A DNA stretch of 32,000 nt, from NCBI RefSeq assembly GCF_004376175.1, contig NZ_SNUY01000026.1:1-32000 (forward strand), read 5' to 3'. Position numbers and translations under genes: made by a program. How positions within the stretch are numbered: position 1 is the first letter of the stretch; each line of letters begins with the position of its first letter. Source of the DNA: Halalkalibacterium halodurans. GTDB taxonomy: Bacteria; Bacillota; Bacilli; Bacillales; Bacillaceae_D. The notes beneath the pieces were generated by a model. That model did not search any database, was not told the origin of the DNA, and was given only the letters and a program-made list of their open reading frames with translations. Shown here one piece after another: positions 9,608 to 16,212 of the stretch.

Positions 9608-11450
9608 TCAAGTTCTTTATGTTTTGTCAAACCTCAATTTTAGCGATTTTTGGCCATAATCAGCCATTTCACCATATCGTCATTCTAGTTATTTACAGGA
9701 TTTTTATGGAAAACGGAAACTTTGATCATTCAGGCAAAAAGAAAAGCCATAATGGTGCTCCTTTGGTAGAATAGAAGTATCTAGCAACTATCACGAAAGG
9801 AGTTCATTATGACTACCTCTATCATACCAAAATCTTATTCAAATGTAATCTATCTTCAACCTTCTTTTTCATTTACAGAAGATTCATTTTCTTCTTTACG
9901 TCACCTTCCTTATGTTAAATTAGGGTTGGAGTTTCCTTGGGAGGAGGTGTTCTCTCCCATTGAACAAGAATTTCTCCAAGCACGGTTTGAATATCATTTT
10001 AAAAAACGAACTTCAACGGATGCAGCCCCATCTTCAACAGAATTATTTCCAGATATTCCACAGGACTTGAGCACATTGCCTACGAGATCTGCCAAAGGAC
10101 GAAAAGGAGTGAACTTTTATGCTTTATTAAAAGCTTTCCTCTTGGCTCCACTCCTCTATGTGGAAGTAATGGTTTCCAGTGTACACCTTCAAGTTATTGG
10201 GAACTCTGACTTCCGGATGGTCTGTGGTTTTGATACACGACCATCCTTGAAAACATTTGAACGTTTTGATCAGATCATGATTGAAAACGGACTTTGGGAG
10301 AAAGCTCGGCAACTTATGGTGAGCTACAATCTTTTTCACGGTATCGTAGGAAAAGAAGAACAACTCGCTGTAGATACCACCCATGTAGATGCGGAAGCCA
10401 CTGTCCATAAAATGAAGAAATGTAGCCATTCTGAGCCATGTCATTGCCCAAAGATTCCTACGGATGATAACGTAGGCGTGATGAGAAAAAGCAATACCGT
10501 CACGTACATTGCACATAAAATCTCCTTGGTCTGTGGTGTAGAGTCTGAACTTCCTTTGTCCAGAAGTGTGTTTAAAGGAGACGAACATGATGCAAAAACA
10601 CTAGAACCCACTTTGGAAAAGGTAACGGAAGATCTTCCTGAAGAGTTCCTAAAAACAGTGCAATACGTGAGCGCAGATGGGATTTATCAATCAGCGGACA
10701 ATCAACAACACACAAAATCCATTCTTAAAGCAAAGCTATTGGCTCCCATAAATCCACGTAAAATTCAAGATAAAGCACTTGAATCTTGTGGCATGACCAA
10801 GCTGGATAGGTATGGTGTTCCTCATTGTATTAGTGGCCATAAGTTACAATTGAAAGGGTTGGATGAAGCAAAAGAACACTATGTTTGGACTTGCCCAGTC
10901 TTTGATCCAAAATACAAGCAAGAAGGACTTTCCTGTTCGAATGAACAGCATATTCAATGCTGTAATGGCGCGAAAACTGGTAGAACGCTTCGTATCCATC
11001 AATCGATGACACCACAAATTGATACGGAGTTCCCACAACACCTCCAATCGTTCAAAAAGAAATACGCAGAACGAACTGCGATAGAGCGTGTTATTGGAAT
11101 TGCCAAAGACGGACTTAGTATGCGAAGAGTACATAAAAGAGGTCGCTTGGCAGTCGAAGCTCATGTCGATCGATGTATGATCACTGCACATGCCTTGGCT
11201 TATATGTCTGTTCAAGGAACTGGGCAACTATATCGAGGCTGGACGAAATTATCGGCATAATAGAGAATCCACTTAAAACCAATATATGGAAATTATCCAT
11301 CCATACAACCTCAAGGGGATAGTCTGCCCTTTTTTAATATAATTTCAAAAAAATGTAAACTCACTCTCCGCTCTTAGCCTAATTTAATTTTTTTCTACGC
11401 TAGTTCTTCTGTAAAAATCGCTATCAACCAAGCAGAAATTAATTTTGTCC
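9527..11450 (+). mobile_element. IS4/IS5-superfamily (DDE, YREK motif) insertion sequence; boundaries tentative
   Basis: Single transposase ORF at 9809-11260. Gapped inverted repeat: GGACAAA-TTTCTG-..-TTGATA at 9527-9551 versus the reverse complement of 11422-11450 (GGACAAAATTAATTTCTGCTTGGTTGATA). GGAC recurs at 11451-11454 and may be a 4-bp target duplication. Composition drops to AT-rich at about 9527 (by eye). An alternative inner boundary exists, a perfect 11-bp IR at 9641-9651 / 11413-11423. Confidence 0.6.
9809..11260 (+). CDS. DDE transposase (IS4/IS5 superfamily)
   Basis: 483 aa with SD GAAAGGAG. C-terminal Y-x2-R-x3-E-x6-K signature (YAERTAIERVIGIAKDG). Candidate DDE residues at LAVDTTHVDA and YVSADGIYQS. 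Confidence 0.85.
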   Translation: MTTSIIPKSYSNVIYLQPSFSFTEDSFSSLRHLPYVKLGLEFPWEEVFSPIEQEFLQARFEYHFKKRTSTDAAPSSTELFPDIPQDLSTLPTRSAKGRKGVNFYALLKAFLLAPLLYVEVMVSSVHLQVIGNSDFRMVCGFDTRPSLKTFERFDQIMIENGLWEKARQLMVSYNLFHGIVGKEEQLAVDTTHVDAEATVHKMKKCSHSEPCHCPKIPTDDNVGVMRKSNTVTYIAHKISLVCGVESELPLSRSVFKGDEHDAKTLEPTLEKVTEDLPEEFLKTVQYVSADGIYQSADNQQHTKSILKAKLLAPINPRKIQDKALESCGMTKLDRYGVPHCISGHKLQLKGLDEAKEHYVWTCPVFDPKYKQEGLSCSNEQHIQCCNGAKTGRTLRIHQSMTPQIDTEFPQHLQSFKKKYAERTAIERVIGIAKDGLSMRRVHKRGRLAVEAHVDRCMITAHALAYMSVQGTGQLYRGWTKLSA

Positions 11451-11472
11451 GGACGCTCTTAAATAGTCATGT

Positions 11473-11515
11473 ACTCACCGCGCACGATCAAGGAGCGGTG
11501 AGTCTTAGTTTCTTT
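11473..11515 (+). terminator. Intrinsic terminator, probably the original terminator of the lyase gene now displaced by the IS
   Basis: 9-bp perfect stem ACTCACCGC (11473-11481) / GCGGTGAGT (11495-11503), 13-nt loop, T-rich tail CTTAGTTTCTTT. Confidence 0.65.
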
Positions 11516-11633
11516 GAAATATAATCATTTCTTCAGTTGTTGTCGTTTACTTGTAGAGTCAGATGCAATGATTGTTCAGTTATGAAGAAACAAAGGGTAA
11601 CATGAAGCCATACTGACCATTGGGGGGAGAGCG

Positions 11634-12758
11634 ATGGCATCATATGAATCACGGGTCGTTTGGGCTTTAATCGAAATTGAGGAGCTCATGGAATCGGTTA
11701 TTTATTGGTTAGCACAAAGGTATGATTCCTCCTCTGGGGGATTTTTCTATGCTCAAAGTTCAGAGCATGTGAATGTAAAGATCCCTGATATCGAATCGAC
11801 AGCCCAGGCGTTAAACATTTTAGAAAGGTACGATCTTTTAAGCGGAATGCCTGATGATGTAAGGCAGCAACTAATTGGTTTTTTTCAGATGAAGCAACAA
11901 GACACGGGTTATTTTCTCGATGACAATCCAATGATGGCAGAAGATGATGTGATGGTTGCAAGAGCTCTAAGCTACAGTTTGGGTGCTTTGAAGAAGTTAG
12001 GGGGAAAGCCTCTGCATCGATTACCAAACACAGCAGGGGCGTTGCCAAGCTATATGAAAACCCCAGAAGCTTATGGCGAGTGGCTCCGCTCGGTGAGTTT
12101 AAGCAATAGTTGGCGTGGCTGTGATCGGCTCTGTGTCTCGGGCGTGTACATTAAACAATTAACAGAGGAGAAGCGACCAATGTACTTACACGAAGCATTC
12201 TCCTATTTTGCTAGCATACAAGATCCAGTAACAGGTCTATGGGGCCAAGGGAATGACTATGTAAAAATTTCTGGTACGTTTAAGCTATTCACCTTCTACC
12301 AACAGTTTCAAAGGCAGCTTCCTAATGAGGGAGCGATTTATCAAAGCGTTATGAAAACACTTACCGAAAAGCCCGCTAAAGACATGTGTTATGTGCGAAA
12401 TTCTATCAATTTGCTAGCTGCAATGGAGCGAGAGATAGAGCTGCCCGACGTGACGATAGTACTCGAGGCGATCGGCCTACAGCTAAAACGATTAAAGCAA
12501 AAGGATGGGGGATTTTCTCGGGAAATTTCAGGTTCACTGCCAGCTCCCAATGTAGGGCAAGTGAAAAAAGAGGAGAAATACTCGGAGTTGCCACAGCCGG
12601 TCATCCTTGGTGCTGGATTAATGGAAGGAGACATGAATGCAACAACCCAAGCGGTGCTCATTCATCGATTGTGTTATCAGCTGGCGAAGCGCCCGTTTCC
12701 TTTTGCAAAGATGGCTGGAGTACCCTTTTACTCGCTGATCAAATCAAAGGAGGCCTAA
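11634..12758 (+). CDS. Alpha/alpha-toroid repeat protein (prenyltransferase / terpene-cyclase-like repeats), function unknown
   Basis: 374 aa with strong SD GGGGGGAG. Four spaced repeats of the GGF/TGxF/TGLWG/DGGF type, each followed by a helix (SSGGFFYAQ...STAQALNIL; DTGYFLDD...VARALSYSL; VTGLWGQG; KDGGFSRE...ATTQAVLIH). Confidence 0.6.
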   Translation: MASYESRVVWALIEIEELMESVIYWLAQRYDSSSGGFFYAQSSEHVNVKIPDIESTAQALNILERYDLLSGMPDDVRQQLIGFFQMKQQDTGYFLDDNPMMAEDDVMVARALSYSLGALKKLGGKPLHRLPNTAGALPSYMKTPEAYGEWLRSVSLSNSWRGCDRLCVSGVYIKQLTEEKRPMYLHEAFSYFASIQDPVTGLWGQGNDYVKISGTFKLFTFYQQFQRQLPNEGAIYQSVMKTLTEKPAKDMCYVRNSINLLAAMEREIELPDVTIVLEAIGLQLKRLKQKDGGFSREISGSLPAPNVGQVKKEEKYSELPQPVILGAGLMEGDMNATTQAVLIHRLCYQLAKRPFPFAKMAGVPFYSLIKSKEA

Positions 12759-12850
12759 CATGCTCGTGCATCCACTACCGAAAGAGAAACGGTTATAGAC
12801 TGTATTTTGGACAGTAAAAGGTACAAGGAATAAGAAGGGGTGAATAAATA

Positions 12851-13177
12851 ATGGATTTTGAACTTTGGGAGTATCCAGAGCCAGGGATCAAGCGCAAGCT
12901 GTATAAACCAGGTGAAAAACTTATGATAATGAAAGTCGTCTTTGAGGAAGGGGCAGAGGGGGCGAGTCATTCTCACCCTCATGAACAACTGACATACTGT
13001 TTAAAAGGGGATATGGAGTTTACAATTAAAGGAAAGGTGAAGCGCATACAAGAAGGAGAAGTGCTCACCATCCCACCTCATGCTGTTCATGGAGCGAAGG
13101 CGTTGGCGCCATCGATTATCCTTGATGTATTTACTCCACTTCGAGAAGATTTGCTTTCCGACACATCTTCTGTGTAA
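12851..13177 (+). CDS. Cupin-domain protein
   Basis: 108 aa. Cupin motifs GASHSHPHEQLTYCLKG and IPPHAVHG. Confidence 0.8.
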   Translation: MDFELWEYPEPGIKRKLYKPGEKLMIMKVVFEEGAEGASHSHPHEQLTYCLKGDMEFTIKGKVKRIQEGEVLTIPPHAVHGAKALAPSIILDVFTPLREDLLSDTSSV

Positions 13178-13266
13178 TGGTTTTGTAAACATGCAGACTC
13201 TCCCTTGAAGCGTCCTGTGTATTTTCGCTAAGATGAAAGAAACAAAGGGAATTGGGGGAGAACGAT

Positions 13267-14010
13267 GTGGGAGGCCCATACAAAATTATTGCATTGGATA
13301 TGGATGGAACGTTACTTTCAAGCAATCATCAAATTTCAGAGGGAAATCGGCGAGCCATTGAAGAAGCTCGTAATCATGGAGTACATGTGATTTTGAGTAC
13401 AGGACGAAGCTTCATGACATCCAAGGAATACATGGAATCACTGGCCCTTGACTCGTACCATATTACCGTAAATGGCAGTGAAATTTGGCATACGTCAGGA
13501 GAATTGATTGAACGGCAAATGCTTCACGGGCAACATATTGAAACGATGTGGAAACTAAAAGAGCAACACAATACAACCTTTTGGGCTGTTTCAACCGAAA
13601 AGGTGTGGCGGGGAGAATTTCCTGAAAACATTCATGAGCATGAATGGCTTAAATTTGGTTATGATGTTCCAAATCAGGAAATAAGAGAGCAGATCGAAAA
13701 GGAATTACAGGCTCATTCCGAGCTAGAAGTGACAAACTCAAGCCCTACGAATCTAGAGATTAACGCTATGGGCGTTAGCAAAGCAAAAGCTCTAGCCACA
13801 GTGTGTGAACGACTAGGGCTTACGATGGCAAATGTGCTTGCAATGGGAGATAGTTTAAATGATTTAGCGATGATTGAAGAGGCGGGCTGTGGAGTCGCGA
13901 TGGGAAACGCCCAAGAGATCGTCAAGGAAGCCGCCGATTGGGTGACTGGAACAAACGATGAGGATGGGGTGGCCCAAGCGATTCGCAAGTTTGTTTTAGA
14001 CAATAGCTAA
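13267..14010 (+). CDS. Cof-type HAD-IIB phosphatase
   Basis: Motifs IALDMDGTLL, LSTGR, K...GDSLNDLAM and NA. I prefer the GTG start at 13267 (GGGGAG SD 7 nt upstream) over the ORF-track TTG at 13252, which has no usable SD spacing. Confidence 0.85.
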   Translation: MGGPYKIIALDMDGTLLSSNHQISEGNRRAIEEARNHGVHVILSTGRSFMTSKEYMESLALDSYHITVNGSEIWHTSGELIERQMLHGQHIETMWKLKEQHNTTFWAVSTEKVWRGEFPENIHEHEWLKFGYDVPNQEIREQIEKELQAHSELEVTNSSPTNLEINAMGVSKAKALATVCERLGLTMANVLAMGDSLNDLAMIEEAGCGVAMGNAQEIVKEAADWVTGTNDEDGVAQAIRKFVLDNS

Positions 14011-14021
14011 TAGCTATGTAA

Positions 14022-14052
14022 AACGCTCAGGGAAGAAAGCACCCTGAGCGTT
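14022..14052. terminator. Bidirectional intrinsic terminator shared by the convergent HAD and tiny-protein genes
   Basis: 11-bp perfect stem AACGCTCAGGG (14022-14032) / CCCTGAGCGTT (14042-14052), flanked by A-rich sequence upstream and T-rich sequence downstream. Confidence 0.7.
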
Positions 14053-14067
14053 CTTTGTCGAGAGATC

Positions 14068-14217
14068 TTATTTGAACCAAGAGCAACCTACAATGATCAA
14101 CAAGATGAAAAGGACAACGATTAACGCAAATCCTTTCCCGCCATGATAGCCAGCTACAGGTCCATAACCAAAACCGCAGTCAAAGCCTGCACCAGCAACA
14201 GGTCCGTACCCGTACAT
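14068..14217 (-). CDS. Tiny Gly/Tyr-rich single-pass membrane protein (YjcZ-like sporulation-protein family); below the ORF-track length cutoff
   Basis: My own translation of the minus strand gives [49 protein letters not shown] (49 aa). SD AAAGGTGGTG lies about 6 nt before the ATG. The [16 protein letters not shown] core is the hallmark of the small Bacillus tiny-TM family as I recall it. Confidence 0.7.
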   Translation of the reverse strand: MYGYGPVAGAGFDCGFGYGPVAGYHGGKGFALIVVLFILLIIVGCSWFK

Positions 14218-14410
14218 ACAAGCACCACCTTTCTATGAGCTTACTACACCGTATGCACTTCCCATTCAATGTGGTTGGGCTAATACACAGTCTTTGTTAT
14301 CGATTCACAAAACTAGGGACGCGCTATGTCCTTTGACTAGAGGCCATTAGACACAGACAACATCTGTTTGCTTCTTTTCTCTAATCCCTTTAACATAGAA
14401 AGGAAAGCGA

Positions 14411-15067
14411 ATGGAAGGGAAATTAATGATGGAATTCACATGGCAAATTGGAATAATCGTTGTCATCACAGTTGTGCTTTTGGTTGGCTGGGTGGTTTAT
14501 CGACTAAAAGAAAAGAAGCGGTACGATGTGGCAAAGATCACGATCCGTGACATTGATCGAATGGACGGGCATGAATTTGAAGATTATTTGTTCGTTCTTT
14601 TAGCGGGACTCGGCTATAATGAGACATACCAGACAAAAAAGAGCAGAGACTTCGGAGCTGATTTATTATTTAACGATTCATCTGGAGCACGCACGGTCGT
14701 TCAGGCGAAATGTCTATCTGATGCTCTCGGAGTGAAGGCGATCCAAGAAGTTTTTACCGCTAAAGTTTACTATCAAGCGGAAAAGGCAATCGTCATTACG
14801 TCAACGGAAACGATCTCGGATCCGTGCAGGCGTCTAGCGTCGGCCGCTGAAGTTAAGCTGATTGAGCGGGAAGCTTTACAGGAAATTATCGCTCTCTTTA
14901 AACGAGAGCAAATGAAGCAGGCTCAGGATGTCATAGAAGCACCACCTGAAAAGATCAAAACGACACCAGAGGATAGCTATGTTTATCCTGAACAAGATCA
15001 GCAAGTGATCCGAAGTGGAGAGTTTTATTATAAAAAGCCATCGTCATTCTTCAAACGAAGTGGGTAA
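14411..15067 (+). CDS. Membrane-anchored restriction-endonuclease-fold protein (Mrr_cat domain)
   Basis: 218 aa with an N-terminal TM helix ([20 protein letters not shown]). Mrr_cat-like core: [19 protein letters not shown]...[10 protein letters not shown]...VVQAKC...VKAIQEV (a D...QxK nuclease motif). The start could be ATG 14411 or ATG 14426. Confidence 0.8.
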   Translation: MEGKLMMEFTWQIGIIVVITVVLLVGWVVYRLKEKKRYDVAKITIRDIDRMDGHEFEDYLFVLLAGLGYNETYQTKKSRDFGADLLFNDSSGARTVVQAKCLSDALGVKAIQEVFTAKVYYQAEKAIVITSTETISDPCRRLASAAEVKLIEREALQEIIALFKREQMKQAQDVIEAPPEKIKTTPEDSYVYPEQDQQVIRSGEFYYKKPSSFFKRSG

Positions 15068-15086
15068 GAGAAAGAGGGAAAGATAC

Positions 15087-15638
15087 ATGAAGCGAATTCC
15101 ATCGGTTAGAGAGCGGAACATTGTGTTGATTGGTTTTATGGGGGTAGGGAAAACATCCGTTGGGGAACAGCTGGCTAAGCGGTTATTTCGTGATTTTATT
15201 GACGTCGATCAGGAAATTGAAAAAACATGGAAAATGAAGATTTCCGATATTTTTCGCTTGAAGGGTGAAGAAGCGTTCCGTAAAATTGAACGGGAAATGA
15301 CAATTGATTATTGTACGAATACATCACTTAAAGTGATCTCGTTAGGCGGCGGCGCCTACATGCAAGATGCGATTCGCACTGCGTGTCTCGACCATTGCAT
15401 CGTCATTTATTTAGATTTGTCTTGGTCCTTATGGAAGGAACGGTTAAATGTATTAATAGACAATCGCCCCGTTCTACAAGACAAAAAAGTAGAAGAAATG
15501 GAACAGCTCTTTACGAAGCGGCAACCGACCTATCAAAAGAATAGCTTTCAAGTAGAAACAGATGGCCGAGAGGTAGCAGAGATAGTATCCTATCTAGAAG
15601 AAGTGATCAAGTTAGGGTGGGAAATTTACGGATCATAA
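15087..15638 (+). CDS. aroK: Shikimate kinase
   Basis: 183 aa from the ATG at 15087 (AGAGGGA SD 7 nt upstream). The ORF-track start at 15015 would overlap the previous gene. Walker [27 protein letters not shown] and lid NRPVL motifs are all present. Confidence 0.85.
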   Translation: MKRIPSVRERNIVLIGFMGVGKTSVGEQLAKRLFRDFIDVDQEIEKTWKMKISDIFRLKGEEAFRKIEREMTIDYCTNTSLKVISLGGGAYMQDAIRTACLDHCIVIYLDLSWSLWKERLNVLIDNRPVLQDKKVEEMEQLFTKRQPTYQKNSFQVETDGREVAEIVSYLEEVIKLGWEIYGS

Positions 15639-15867
15639 ATGATTAATTATACAAATCTATGCATGGGTAATAAGCGTTCAGCAAATCACTAATCTGCGAA
15701 ACCAAATTAATGATATTAACTGTAAACCAGACCTAGCAAAGGGTTCGTCTCAGGTTCCAATTTGTTCATAAATCGGTTAGAAAATTTTCCTTGCATTTCC
15801 GATGTATGTTCTTTACCATACAATATATAGAGTCAAAAGCAATTAAACATTACAATATCTAGTGTTT

Positions 15868-16190
15868 ATGGACGGTAAGGTGCCCGAAGCGGCTTAAAAG
15901 GGAATCTGGTGCAAATCCGGAGCTGTCCCCGCAACTGTGAGTGCTACGAACGGAACGATTTGCCACTGTACATCCTCTACTTCTTGAGAAATGTATGGGA
16001 AGGCTTCTAAGTAGGTAAAGCACGAGTCAGGAGACCTGCCTTACTTCCACAAGTTTCGCATCTTCGGGGGTTGAGCATGTGAGGCGGCAAGTATAAGGCA
16101 GTGCGTGTATTCCGACTGAAAGGGAGGGGGACACGCTTGTGTATTGTACTGTCGTTTCAAGCCTTTCTCTCGAAGGAAGGTTTTTTATTT
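15868..16190 (+). promoter_or_regulatory. Cobalamin (B12) riboswitch: aptamer about 15871-16046, plus terminator expression platform
   Basis: Canonical conserved blocks: AAAAGGGAATCTGGTGCAAATCCGGAGCTGTCCCCGCAACTGTGA (15896-15940), GCCACTG (15962-15968), GGGAAGGC (about 16007-16014), and B12 box AGTCAGGAGACCTGCC (16025-16040). P1-like pairing GTAAGG (15875-15880) / CCTTAC (16039-16044). Followed by a hairpin and T-tract at 16162-16190, 23 nt before the RNR start codon. Confidence 0.9.
16162..16190 (+). terminator. Riboswitch expression-platform terminator
   Basis: 7-bp stem CCTTTCT (16162-16168) / AGGAAGG (16174-16180) with one G:U pair, 5-nt loop, then TTTTTTATTT. Confidence 0.7.
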
Positions 16191-16212
16191 GGATTGATAG
16201 GGAGGAAATAAG

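Noticed and set aside
10127-11227. Minus-strand ORFs (153, 127 and 68 aa) inside the transposase gene.
   Set aside because: They lie antisense to a transposase with intact catalytic motifs, lack SD sequences and have no recognisable domains.
9641-11423. Perfect 11-bp inverted repeat TAGCGATTTTT (9641-9651) / AAAAATCGCTA (11413-11423) as alternative ends of the second IS.
   Set aside because: It is not excluded, but the similarity does not extend in either direction. The outer gapped IR coincides with the composition break and with the in-frame restoration of a stop codon next to the orphan terminator. I kept it as the alternative hypothesis.
12386-12817. 143-aa plus-strand ORF overlapping the 3' part of the 374-aa gene, and the antisense ORFs at 12389-12661 and 12406-12594.
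   Set aside because: They are alternative-frame or antisense overlaps with Arg/Gly/Ala-rich nonsense composition. The 11634-12758 frame carries the repeat motifs and a strong SD.
15015-15086. Upstream extension of the shikimate kinase ORF (ORF-track start at 15015).
   Set aside because: It would overlap the preceding gene by 53 nt and add a non-homologous N-terminus. The ATG at 15087 has a well-spaced SD and places the Walker A motif at the usual distance from the N-terminus.
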